Assembly (NCBI GenBank): GCA_964492775.1
Contig: CAZBLH010000004.1
Location: 9,593 to 73,592 of the forward strand
Reading direction: 5' to 3'
Length of the DNA stretch: 64,000 nucleotides
Source of the DNA: an uncultured Eubacteriales bacterium
Lineage (GTDB): Bacteria > Actinomycetota > Coriobacteriia > Anaerosomatales > PHET01
Both the position numbers and the translations under genes were made by a program. This document shows, piece after piece, positions 39,661-48,459 of this stretch (the stretch's first letter is position 1; each line of letters begins with the position of its first letter). Under the pieces are notes generated by a model. The model saw only the letters and a program-made list of their open reading frames with translations, was not told the origin of the DNA and ran no database searches.

Positions 39661-40394
39661 GAGCCCTCCTCGCACGCGCGAACCACGATGAGCCTCCGGC
39701 ACTGCGGGCACACGCCGACGTCCTCGCCCTGCTGCAGGTCGCGAATGCGTTCGGCTGGAAGCGACATATGGCACGCGGTGCAGGTGACTCCCTGCAGAGT
39801 GCCCACTCCGATGCCCCCCTTCGCCTCGCGGGCGCTCTCGTAGCGGCCGAGCAAGACCGCCGAGATGCTGCCGGCGACTCTGTCGCGCTGAGCCTCGAGG
39901 TCAGCGATCTCTTGCTGAACCTCCCCGCCGACCTGCTTGAACCGCTCGACGAGTGAGGCCTCGGTCTCCTTGAGCTTGGCGAGCGCACCCTCGACAGTCT
40001 CTATCTGGGCGTTCGCCTTCTCGATGCGCTCCATGTACTGCAGCGACTCCATCTCGAGCTTGTCGGTCCTGCGCTTGAGGCCGTCCATCTCTCGAGTGAT
40101 CGCCTGTACCTGGCGGTGGTCCGATGTCCCCATCAGGCGCTCCTGCTCATGTGCGATCTTCTCGGCGATAGTGGCGATCTCGTCCTGGCGTGCCTTGAGC
40201 TCCGCCTCGAGCTTCCTCAGTAGCACCCCGGCCTTCTCGCGGACCCCCACCACCTCACGCAGCTTGGCTCGGGCAGCGAGAATGCTGCGCTTCTCCGGCA
40301 GCTCATCGAGCCGCTTGCGGGCACGAATGATGTCGAGATCGATCGATTGAAGCTTCAGAAGCGCAGCAGGCTCAGACATCGCGTCCCTATTCAT
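39657..40394 (-). CDS. COG1579-type coiled-coil protein with a C-terminal C4 zinc ribbon
   Basis: 245 aa with a long coiled coil, then CTACHMSL...CPQCRRLI; conserved partner of Nif3. Confidence 0.8.
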   Translation of the reverse strand: MNRDAMSEPAALLKLQSIDLDIIRARKRLDELPEKRSILAARAKLREVVGVREKAGVLLRKLEAELKARQDEIATIAEKIAHEQERLMGTSDHRQVQAITREMDGLKRRTDKLEMESLQYMERIEKANAQIETVEGALAKLKETEASLVERFKQVGGEVQQEIADLEAQRDRVAGSISAVLLGRYESAREAKGGIGVGTLQGVTCTACHMSLPAERIRDLQQGEDVGVCPQCRRLIVVRACEEGS

Positions 40395-41522
40395 CTATGA
40401 GCTATGAGCGGTCCACCAACGAGGACGATCCGCGAGCACTTCCACGGGACAGTCGGCATCTTCGATGCCCGGAATCCCGCGGACCGTGCGCTCCAGCAAG
40501 CCGACGAGCGGCCACTCGGTCACGTCGTGCCCGAGCTCGATCACACACAGCCCGCGCTCCACGGCGTCCAGCGCGTCATGATAGCGCACTTCCCCGCCGA
40601 TGAGCGCGCGGGCGCCGGCGGCAAGCGCGTCTGGGATCAGCGAGCCGGCTGAGCCCGTGGCGGTCGCGACCAGGTCAATCAGCGTGGCCGGCTCGCCCCA
40701 GACGCGCGGGGCAACGCCGCAGCGCTCGGCGGCACGGCGCGCCAGGTCGCCAAGGGTCACAGCCTCCCCCGCTCCGCCCGGCCTCGCGAGCATGCCGAGC
40801 GCTGCGGCGTTCCGGGAGCGGCGCACCTCCGACACGGTCACGAGCGGCTCTTCGTACGGGTGCGCCGCGACCGCCGCGGCGGCGACCGCGCGCGCCAAGG
40901 GTGGCGGGCATACCATCTCTAGCCTCACCTCGGCTGCTCCAGACGGCTCGCCAGGCGCGCCAATCGCAGGCCGCGAGTCCTCGCTGGGCGTGAAAGCTCC
41001 CTCTCCGGGCGCTGAGAAGCTGCATCCCCGATAATCACCGATGCGTCCGGCACCCGCAGCGATCATTGCTGTGCGCACCTCCTCGGCGTTCTCAGGGGGC
41101 ACGTAGACGGTCACCACACTGACCGGCATGGGTGCCGTCTCGAGCGGTCGCATGGGTTCGAGGTCGAGCCGCTCAGGAATCAGTCGCTGCGCCACTTCGT
41201 CCCGGTCGAGGTTCGTATGCGCGTTGATGAGTGCAACACCGGCGCTCAGGGCGGCAAACACCGCCGCGCCGCCTCCGGACGCATCAGACCTGATGGCCAC
41301 AGGCGGCTCCAGGAAGACGGGATGATGCGTCAAGAGCACGTTAGCGCCTGTGGCCGCAGCCTCCGCTATCGTCGAGACGGTGGGATCGAGCGCGCACACG
41401 ACGCCGCGCACCTCGGCATCGGGGTCGCCGACGAGCATGCCGACGCGGTCCCATGCTTCAGCCCGCTCGTGAGGGAACCGCTCGGCGATGGCTGTGTCGA
41501 TGTCGCGGACCCGTAGACTCAT
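40395..41522 (-). CDS. Nif3-like dinuclear metal centre protein (YqfO/GTP cyclohydrolase 1 type 2 homologue)
   Basis: NIF3 N- and C-terminal lobes (DRVGMLVGD, LLTHHP, GHDVTEWP) with an inserted PII-like domain. The ATG at 41522 overlaps the upstream stop. Confidence 0.85.
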   Translation of the reverse strand: MSLRVRDIDTAIAERFPHERAEAWDRVGMLVGDPDAEVRGVVCALDPTVSTIAEAAATGANVLLTHHPVFLEPPVAIRSDASGGGAAVFAALSAGVALINAHTNLDRDEVAQRLIPERLDLEPMRPLETAPMPVSVVTVYVPPENAEEVRTAMIAAGAGRIGDYRGCSFSAPGEGAFTPSEDSRPAIGAPGEPSGAAEVRLEMVCPPPLARAVAAAAVAAHPYEEPLVTVSEVRRSRNAAALGMLARPGGAGEAVTLGDLARRAAERCGVAPRVWGEPATLIDLVATATGSAGSLIPDALAAGARALIGGEVRYHDALDAVERGLCVIELGHDVTEWPLVGLLERTVRGIPGIEDADCPVEVLADRPRWWTAHSS

Positions 41523-42349
41523 AGCTCGATCCACCTCGCTTCTCCACGCCCGCGCGGCAGGGCCACTCGCTGGTAGCCCGCGGCGCGAAGCGTCTCATAC
41601 GTCGCAGCGATCTCGAACCCGACCTCGCCTGGCTGGTGAGCGTCGGAGCCAACGGTCACGTCAACGCGCCGCTCGGCAAACGCGGCGAGAAGCTCAGGAC
41701 CGGGATAGAGCTCGGCGACAGGCTTGCGCAGCCCGGCTGTCGACACCTCAACGAAGACACCACCTTCCGCGGCGGCACTCGCGGCCTCCGCGTACAGCTC
41801 ACGCGTGTCGAACGAGGGTCGGTGCCCGAACTTCTTCGGCAAGTCCGGGTGGGCCATGACGTCGAACAACCCGCTGCGGGCGGCGTCGCACCAGTGTGAG
41901 AAGTACTCCTCCCACACCGTGTCTACCTCTCTGCGCTCCCACTCTGTCATGTCGTTGGGGTCGTCGAATGCCCATCCGCCAATGAAGTGGACGCTGCCGA
42001 GCAGCACCGTCACGCCCGCCTCGCGGGCGATCGCGAGCTGCGAGTGCGTCTTATCGAGGCACCAGGACAGCCAGTCGGCCTCGGCTCCGAGTACGATCTC
42101 AAGACCCGGACCAGGTTCAGCAGCGACCGCTTCACGCGCCTCGTGCACGCCTGTCGCGTAGCGGGCGAACTCCTCAGGTGACGGAGCCAGGTAGCCCTCG
42201 GGATCGAGATCGAAGGGCAGCGGGAGGTGCTCGGCGAAGACGATACCGACAAGCCCGGCGTTGCGGGTGGCTGCAACTATCTCGGCGACGGAACCGGTGG
42301 CGTGCCCGTTGAACTCCGTATGCACGTGGCAGTCGATCAGCTCGCGCAT
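41519..42349 (-). CDS. PHP-family histidinol-phosphatase-like hydrolase (HisJ family)
   Basis: IDCHVHTEFNGHATG and later His/Asp metal ligands typical of the PHP fold. Confidence 0.75.
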   Translation of the reverse strand: MRELIDCHVHTEFNGHATGSVAEIVAATRNAGLVGIVFAEHLPLPFDLDPEGYLAPSPEEFARYATGVHEAREAVAAEPGPGLEIVLGAEADWLSWCLDKTHSQLAIAREAGVTVLLGSVHFIGGWAFDDPNDMTEWERREVDTVWEEYFSHWCDAARSGLFDVMAHPDLPKKFGHRPSFDTRELYAEAASAAAEGGVFVEVSTAGLRKPVAELYPGPELLAAFAERRVDVTVGSDAHQPGEVGFEIAATYETLRAAGYQRVALPRGRGEARWIEL

Positions 42350-43413
42350 TCGATCACCCCCCCGCCCACGACGACCTCATCACGGTAGCAGACCACGGCC
42401 TGCCCGGGCGAAGCGCCCGACACTGGCGCGTCGAAAGAGACCACAAGCCTCTCCTCGTCCTCGGCATCCTCTACGCGCGCCGTGGCGGTCACCGGCTCCA
42501 TACGGTATCGCACAGCGGCCTTGATCGGCACGGGCACGCCCTTCTCGGCGTGCCACACCACCGAGTTCGCGCGGACCTCAGCAATCTCAAGGGAGGACCG
42601 CTGGCCCACGACGACCCGGTTGCCCGCCGCGTCGAGAGCGACAACGTAGAGCGGCTCGGCAAGCCCACCGATGCCCAGCCCTTTTCGCTGGCCGACGGTG
42701 TAGTGCGCCAGTCCGTCGTGGCGTCCGAGCACGCGGCCGTCCACATCGACGATCTCGCCGGCGACTCCCGCGCCCGGCTCGCGCTCGATTACCACCGGCG
42801 CGTAGTCGCCGTTCTCGGCGAAGCATGCTTCCTGGCTCTCGGCCTTGCGGGCGACCGGCAGGCCGAACCGCTCGGCGAACGCGCGCACCTCGGTCTTGCG
42901 CAGCTCTCCCACAGGAAACAGCGTGTGCTGCGCCTGAGAAGCGGTCAGACGGTAGAGGAAGTAGCTTTGGTCCTTGGTGGCGTCCACCGCCCGAGCCAGG
43001 CGCACCTCGCCGGAGCCGTCGTCGGCAGCGATGAGCCGCGCGTAGTGGCCGGTGGCGAGATACTCGGCACCCTGAAGTGCCACCTTCGAGAGCAGGTCAG
43101 CGAATTTCACGCGATCGTTGCAGGCGATGCAGGGATTCGGCGTGCGACCGGCGGCATACTCGCGCGCGAAGGGGGTCACGACCTCGCGCTCGAATGCTTC
43201 GCGGTAGTTGAGCGAGTAGTGCGGGATGCCGAGCAGGTCGCACACCCTGCGGGCATCGCGTACCGCCGAGACGGAGCAGCAGCCACCCTGCTCATCAGTG
43301 GACGGCCACAGCTGCATCGTGACGCCGGTGACGTCGTGTCCAGCCTCAAGAAGCAGCGCAGCGGCGACGCTGGAGTCAACGCCGCCGCTCATTGCCACAA
43401 AGACGCGCGCCAT
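42337..43413 (-). CDS. mnmA: tRNA 2-thiouridine(34) synthase MnmA
   Basis: VAMSGGVDSSVAA PP-loop, NPCIACN, and C-terminal barrel domains. Confidence 0.93.
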   Translation of the reverse strand: MARVFVAMSGGVDSSVAAALLLEAGHDVTGVTMQLWPSTDEQGGCCSVSAVRDARRVCDLLGIPHYSLNYREAFEREVVTPFAREYAAGRTPNPCIACNDRVKFADLLSKVALQGAEYLATGHYARLIAADDGSGEVRLARAVDATKDQSYFLYRLTASQAQHTLFPVGELRKTEVRAFAERFGLPVARKAESQEACFAENGDYAPVVIEREPGAGVAGEIVDVDGRVLGRHDGLAHYTVGQRKGLGIGGLAEPLYVVALDAAGNRVVVGQRSSLEIAEVRANSVVWHAEKGVPVPIKAAVRYRMEPVTATARVEDAEDEERLVVSFDAPVSGASPGQAVVCYRDEVVVGGGVIECAS

Positions 43414-43449
43414 ACCGCGTTCACCGCCCCAGTGTGAGGGCGGCGACTG

Positions 43450-43917
43450 TCACAGCTCGCAGGCCTCTTCGTGGTCGTGGTCCTCATCGGCATGCGGATC
43501 ATAGTTCGGGTCCGCACTCTTGATCTCGCCGGAGATGGGCTCGCGCCCGTGCTTCTTGAGGTAGTCGTCAACGGCCACCTTCAGCCCGTCGGTCGCGAGC
43601 ACCGAACAGTGCATCTTGGCGGCAGGCAGCCCGCCGAGCTCATCGGCGACCTGCTTCTTGGTGATCGCGGCCGCCTCCTCGAGCGTCATGCCCTTGGCCA
43701 TCTCTGTCACGATCGAGGAGGTGGCGATAGCGGCACCGCAGCCGAGCGTCTGGAACCGGATGTCGTTGATGTGGTCGGTGTCGTCCACCTTGATCGTGAT
43801 CTTCATGATGTCGCCGCAGACGGGGTTGCCCACCTCGCCCACACCGTCGGCATCCTCAATCACCCCGACGTTGCGCGGGTTGTTGAAGTGGTCCATGACC
43901 TTCTCTGTGTAAAGCAC
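43450..43917 (-). CDS. nifU: Fe-S cluster scaffold, IscU/NifU N-terminal type
   Basis: HFNNPRNVG, GNPVCGDIM, TLGCGAAIATSS, and a C-terminal acidic/His tail. Confidence 0.9.
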   Translation of the reverse strand: MLYTEKVMDHFNNPRNVGVIEDADGVGEVGNPVCGDIMKITIKVDDTDHINDIRFQTLGCGAAIATSSIVTEMAKGMTLEEAAAITKKQVADELGGLPAAKMHCSVLATDGLKVAVDDYLKKHGREPISGEIKSADPNYDPHADEDHDHEEACEL

Positions 43918-43981
43918 TTGAGTCGAGTCCCTTCGTCCTGGCGAATCCTGGTTCTGGTCAGCTCACCGACCCTATTGCTTC

Positions 43982-45163
43982 CTAGCCGTTCCCGAACATG
44001 CGCGCGTACACCGGCGACATCGAGCGGAGCCGCTCGACGATCGGCGGGAAGATCTCGAGGAAGTAGTCGATCTCCTCCTGCGTCGACCACCGGCCGAGCG
44101 AGAGACGCAGCGATCCGTGGGCGATCTCTTGAGGCACGCCGCAGGCCAGCAGCACGTGACTCGGCTCAAGCGAGCCAGAGCTGCACGCCGATCCGGTGGA
44201 CACGGCGACACCCTTGTTGTCGAGCTGCAGCAGCATCGCTTCGCCCTCCACGCCTTTGATCAGCAGCGGTGCGATGTTCGGCAGCCGCTCGCCGCCCTGC
44301 GCGGTTGCCTCGGTGTTCTCCAGCCTCGACGTAATTCCTTCGATGAGCTTGTCGCGCAACCCCGACAGGCGGGCGTGCTCCGCAGGCTGCTCGGCAAGCA
44401 TGATCTCAAGCGCGGCGGTGAAGCCGACGACGCCGGCGACGTTCTGAGTGCCGCTGCGCTTCTTGAACTCCTGGCCGCCACCCTTGAGCAGCGGATCGAA
44501 GCGCGTGCCGGCCTTCAGGTACAACCCACCCACGCCCTTGGGGCCGTAGATCTTGTGCGCCGAGAAGGACGCCGCATCTACGCCGAGCTCCACTACGTTG
44601 AAGGGAACCTTGCCGAGCGTCTGCGCGGCATCGGTGTGGAAGAGCGCGCCCGCCTGGTGCGCGACCTCGGCGAGTGCCTTGATGTCGTTCAGCGCGCCGA
44701 TCTCGTTGTTCCCGTGCATGATTGAGACGAGCTTGGTGTTGGCCTTGAGCGCCGCCTTGAGGTCCTCGGCGTGAATGTGGCCGTCGGGGCGCGGCTTCAG
44801 GTACGTGACTTGGTACCCGCGCTTCTCCAGCCAGTGAGCGGGTTCGAGGATCGCGTGGTGCTCGTATGCGGACACGATAAGGTGCGCGCCACCTTCAGGT
44901 GCAATCCGGCTGAGCACGCCGAGAAGCACAGCGTTGTCGGACTCGGTGCCTCCACCGGTGAACAGGACCTCGTTGGGCTTCTCGGCACCGATCGCGGCAG
45001 CGAAGCGCTCGCGATGCTCCTCCAGCGCGCTGTATGCGTCGCGTCCGATTGAGTAAAGCGAGTTCGCGTTTCCGAAGCGTTCGGTGAAGTAGGGCAGCAT
45101 GGCCTCGACGACCCTGGGGTCGACTGGAGTGGTCGCTGCGTAGTCGAAGTACACGTTCTCCAT
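43982..45163 (-). CDS. nifS: cysteine desulfurase NifS/IscS
   Basis: YFDYAATTP, the PLP-lysine region SAHKIYGPKGVG, and the active-site loop SSGSACSS. Confidence 0.93.
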   Translation of the reverse strand: MENVYFDYAATTPVDPRVVEAMLPYFTERFGNANSLYSIGRDAYSALEEHRERFAAAIGAEKPNEVLFTGGGTESDNAVLLGVLSRIAPEGGAHLIVSAYEHHAILEPAHWLEKRGYQVTYLKPRPDGHIHAEDLKAALKANTKLVSIMHGNNEIGALNDIKALAEVAHQAGALFHTDAAQTLGKVPFNVVELGVDAASFSAHKIYGPKGVGGLYLKAGTRFDPLLKGGGQEFKKRSGTQNVAGVVGFTAALEIMLAEQPAEHARLSGLRDKLIEGITSRLENTEATAQGGERLPNIAPLLIKGVEGEAMLLQLDNKGVAVSTGSACSSGSLEPSHVLLACGVPQEIAHGSLRLSLGRWSTQEEIDYFLEIFPPIVERLRSMSPVYARMFGNG

Positions 45164-45172
45164 TCGATGCTC

Positions 45173-45613
45173 CTACTCTGCTGCTGTCTTACGGTTGTCG
45201 AGTCTGTCCTGAACCCCGCCGAGCTCGGCGAGGGTGGTAGAGGCGAATACCTCACGGAGCGCATCGGTTGCACGCGCCCACACAGGTGCGGCTGCGCACG
45301 CACCGATGTTGCCGCATTCATTCCCACGTTCGCTGTCACACACACTGGCGGTCAGCGGTCCCTCGAGCGCCTCGACGACCTGGAGGGTCGTGATTTCTTT
45401 CGGATCAGCCGAGAGGACGAAACCACCGCGCGCGCCACGCACGGCCGTGACCAGCTCGGCTCGGCGCAACGCGACGAACAGCTGCTCGAGGAATCGGGCG
45501 GGTATGGCGCGGCGCTCGGCAATCTCGCGAGCGCTCACGGGTCCCTCACCGTAGCGACATGCGAGTTCGATCATCGCAAGAAGCCCGTATTCGCTCTTCG
45601 CAGTAAGCCGCAT
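45173..45613 (-). CDS. Rrf2-family transcriptional regulator
   Basis: MRLTAKSEYGLLAMIELA... wHTH, with a Cys cluster (CDSERGNECGNIGAC) suggesting Fe-S ligation; first gene of the nifS-nifU-mnmA unit. Confidence 0.88.
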   Translation of the reverse strand: MRLTAKSEYGLLAMIELACRYGEGPVSAREIAERRAIPARFLEQLFVALRRAELVTAVRGARGGFVLSADPKEITTLQVVEALEGPLTASVCDSERGNECGNIGACAAAPVWARATDALREVFASTTLAELGGVQDRLDNRKTAAE

Positions 45614-45654
45614 GAAGAACCACTCCACCGTCAATCCCGACTTGGATGGTAGTG

Positions 45655-45697
45655 ATTATCTGCCCCGAACCTACGCTGGGTCAATGCTTTCTTGACC
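45655..45697 (-). promoter_or_regulatory. putative promoter of the rrf2 operon with an overlapping palindromic operator
   Basis: Minus strand: TTGACC (45684-45679), 18 nt, GATAAT (45660-45655). The -35 element is one arm of the palindrome GGTCAA-N7-TTGACC (45679-45697). Confidence 0.45.
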
Positions 45698-45966
45698 ACA
45701 TTTGTCAGAAATCGCTGGCACTCCCGAAACTGCGCCGACCCGGGCATCTGCGCTCATCGTTGGAGCGCGACCGTCTGTACTTCTCTAGATGCCGTTTGCC
45801 ATTCCTAGGTGCCGCTTGGCAAATCGAACGGTTGTCCGCTTGTGACGGACTCGAGGGCAGGGCTACTATGGGCACCCGCCCTCAGGGGCAGGCAATGTGA
45901 GGAAAGATCCATGGCCAATAGCCACAGGGTGGCGAAGCCCCGCTGGATCTGCCCGCATATAGCGTA

Positions 45967-46001
45967 GAGCCCCGGCTGCCGACAGACGGCGACCGGGGCT
46001 C
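45967..46001 (-). terminator. GC-rich hairpin after ribH (possible terminator, weak U-tract)
   Basis: GAGCCCCGG / CCGGGGCUC 9-bp stem with an inner GCCG/CGGC extension; about 35 nt downstream of the ribH stop. Confidence 0.5.
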
Positions 46002-46035
46002 CGCTTATTCTGGGATCGTGGAATCTTGCGCGCGG

Positions 46036-46503
46036 CTATCCGAGCGAGCGGGAGAGGTTCGCCATCTCGATCGCGGCGAGAGCCGCTTCCCAACCCTTGT
46101 TGCCCGCCTTGGTCCCGGCCCGCTCGACCGCCTGCTCGATGGTGTCGGCGGTGATTACACCGAAGATGACCGGAACCCCGCTGTCGAGGGTGACCTTGGC
46201 CACGCCCTTGCTGACCTCGGCAGACACGTACTCGAAGTGCGGCGTACCGCCGCGGATGACCACGCCGAGGGCTACGATCGCGTCGTAGCGTCCCGTTGCC
46301 GCCAACTTGCTCGCAACGAGCGGAATCTCGAAGGCACCCGGGACCCAGGCGACATCGATATCGCCCTCCTCGATCCCGTGGCGTACGAAACCGTCCTGCG
46401 CGCCCGAGAGCAGGCGTGTGGACAGAAGCTCGTTGAATCGGCTCACGACGCAGGCTACCTTCAGCCCGGTCCCTACCAGATGACCCTCGAATGTCGACAT
46501 CAT
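46036..46503 (-). CDS. ribH: 6,7-dimethyl-8-ribityllumazine synthase
   Basis: 155 aa; VPGAFEIP and GTPHFEYV motifs. Confidence 0.95.
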   Translation of the reverse strand: MMSTFEGHLVGTGLKVACVVSRFNELLSTRLLSGAQDGFVRHGIEEGDIDVAWVPGAFEIPLVASKLAATGRYDAIVALGVVIRGGTPHFEYVSAEVSKGVAKVTLDSGVPVIFGVITADTIEQAVERAGTKAGNKGWEAALAAIEMANLSRSLG

Positions 46504-47765
46504 GCAGTCCTCTCTGCCTCGGCCTGCTCGCCATCACGGCTCGGATCCCCGAGCGTCAGCGTGTGGTCGAGCTTGTCCTTCTTCGTACGCAGGTACTCGT
46601 AGTTCGTGGGACACGCCTCGATCTCAAGCGGCACCTGTTCGATCACGTCGAGCCCATAGCCTTCGAGTCCGACGATCTTTCGCGGGTTGTTCGTCATGAG
46701 CCGGATTGACCTCAGTCCCAGATCAGCAAGTATCTGGGCGCCGATGCCGTAGTCGCGCAGGTCCGCGGGAAAGCCGAGCGTCTCGTTGGCCTCGACGGTG
46801 TCGTACCCCGACTCCTGCAGCTCGTAGGCGCGCAGCTTGTTCCCCAGGCCGATGCCTCGGCCTTCGTGACCCACGATGTAGAGCACCACGCCCGCGCCTT
46901 CGGCCTGCACCCGTCTCATCGCCTCGTCGAGCTGGGCTCCGCAGTCGCAACGCAGCGAGTGGAACACATCGCCGGTCAAGCACTCGGAGTGCACGCGCAC
47001 GAGCACTCCCTCCTTACCGGCCACATCCCCTGCTACGAGCGCGACATGGGTGCGCCCGTCCGTCGCCGACTCGTAGCCGTACGCTGTGAACTCGCCGAGC
47101 CGAGTAGGCAGGGTTACCGTCGAGGTGCGCCGAACAAGCCGCTCATTTCGCCTCCGGTAGCGGATCAGGTCCGCGACGGTAATCATCTTGAGCCCGTGCC
47201 TCGCCGAGAAGGCCTCGAGCTCAGGCCGGCGCGCCATCGTGCCGTCGGTATTGATGATCTCGCAGATCACACCTGCCGGCGTCAGCCCGGCCAGTCGAGC
47301 CAGATCGACAGCCGCTTCGGTGTGACCCGCACGTTCCAGGACGCCACCCGGACGCGCCTGCAGCGGGAACACGTGCCCCGGCATGGAGATGTCCTCGGGC
47401 TTCGTAGCGGGGTCGATCGCGGCGAGCACCGTCTCACACCGGTCCGCAGGCGAGATTCCCGTGGTGATCCTCCCTTTTGCGCCGATCGAGACATGAAAGG
47501 CGGTGCCCTGCTCGGAGGTGTTGGTCTCGGTCATCGGCGGTATGCCAAGCGCGTCGAGGCGCTCCTTCGTGAGCGGCAAGCACACAAGCCCACGGCCGTG
47601 CGTGATCATGAAGTTGATGGACTCAGGGGTGGCCTTCTCGGCGGCCATCACCAGATCGCCTTCGTTCTCCCGGTCCTCGTCGTCAACGACCACGAGCATG
47701 CGCCCGGCGGCGATCTCGGCGATGCCTTCCTCGATGGTGACGAACGGATGTGTTGTGTCGGTCAT
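46500..47765 (-). CDS. ribBA: bifunctional 3,4-dihydroxy-2-butanone-4-phosphate synthase / GTP cyclohydrolase II
   Basis: [11 protein letters not shown] and [13 protein letters not shown] (RibB half); [21 protein letters not shown] (RibA half). Internal ATG of ORF 46500..47885. Confidence 0.93.
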   Translation of the reverse strand: MTDTTHPFVTIEEGIAEIAAGRMLVVVDDEDRENEGDLVMAAEKATPESINFMITHGRGLVCLPLTKERLDALGIPPMTETNTSEQGTAFHVSIGAKGRITTGISPADRCETVLAAIDPATKPEDISMPGHVFPLQARPGGVLERAGHTEAAVDLARLAGLTPAGVICEIINTDGTMARRPELEAFSARHGLKMITVADLIRYRRRNERLVRRTSTVTLPTRLGEFTAYGYESATDGRTHVALVAGDVAGKEGVLVRVHSECLTGDVFHSLRCDCGAQLDEAMRRVQAEGAGVVLYIVGHEGRGIGLGNKLRAYELQESGYDTVEANETLGFPADLRDYGIGAQILADLGLRSIRLMTNNPRKIVGLEGYGLDVIEQVPLEIEACPTNYEYLRTKKDKLDHTLTLGDPSRDGEQAEAERTA

Positions 47766-47772
47766 GCCGGTT

Positions 47773-48447
47773 CTAGCCCTCCGTGAACTCTCTGAGCATG
47801 TCTCCCAGACCGCGCCTGCGGGTCTCGGGGGCGAGCTCGGTGTCAGCATCCGGATCGCCGTAGACCTCGACGAACCGCCGCACATACTTGGCCATCATGT
47901 CGATCTCGATGTTGACCGGGGCTCCGATCGGCTTGTCCTTGAGCGTGGTGGTCGCCTCGGTATGCGGCACGACCGCCGCCGCGAAGCTGTCCCCACGCAA
48001 TTTGGAGACGGTAAGCGAGATGCCGTCGACGGCGATGGAACCCTTCGGGATCACGTACTGCATGAACTGCCCCGGCACCTGGAACTGGTACACGACCGAG
48101 TTGCCCACCGGGTGTCGCAGCAGCAGGCGCCCGACTCCGTCGATGTGGCCGGAGACGAGGTGCCCGCCGAGACGGTCGGAGAGCCTGAGTGCACGCTCCA
48201 GGTTGACCTTCGTGCCGACCTGAAGACCGCCGAGCGTGGTCTTGGCAAGCGTCTCCTCGCTGACGTCGGCAACGAATGCGCCGCGGATGAACTTGGCGAC
48301 CGTCAGACACGCGCCGTCAACCGCGATGGAGTCTCCGAGCGCCATGTCGCGCCCGAAGTCCGGCGCGTAGACCTCCAGCTGCGCCCCGCCGCCGACGCGA
48401 TCCACGCGCGTGATCACGCCCTGCGTCTCGATAAGTCCCGTGAACAT
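47773..48447 (-). CDS. ribE: riboflavin synthase alpha chain
   Basis: MFTGLIETQG..., duplicated lumazine-binding barrels (GDSIAVDGACLTV / GSIAVDGISLTV). Confidence 0.93.
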   Translation of the reverse strand: MFTGLIETQGVITRVDRVGGGAQLEVYAPDFGRDMALGDSIAVDGACLTVAKFIRGAFVADVSEETLAKTTLGGLQVGTKVNLERALRLSDRLGGHLVSGHIDGVGRLLLRHPVGNSVVYQFQVPGQFMQYVIPKGSIAVDGISLTVSKLRGDSFAAAVVPHTEATTTLKDKPIGAPVNIEIDMMAKYVRRFVEVYGDPDADTELAPETRRRGLGDMLREFTEG

Positions 48448-48459
48448 GCAGCCCTCTCC

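Noticed and set aside
45886-45960. GUGAGGAAAG string reminiscent of the RNase P GAGGAAAGUCC box
   Set aside because: A complete type A RNase P RNA is already present at 33038-33393. This stretch lacks every other conserved block.
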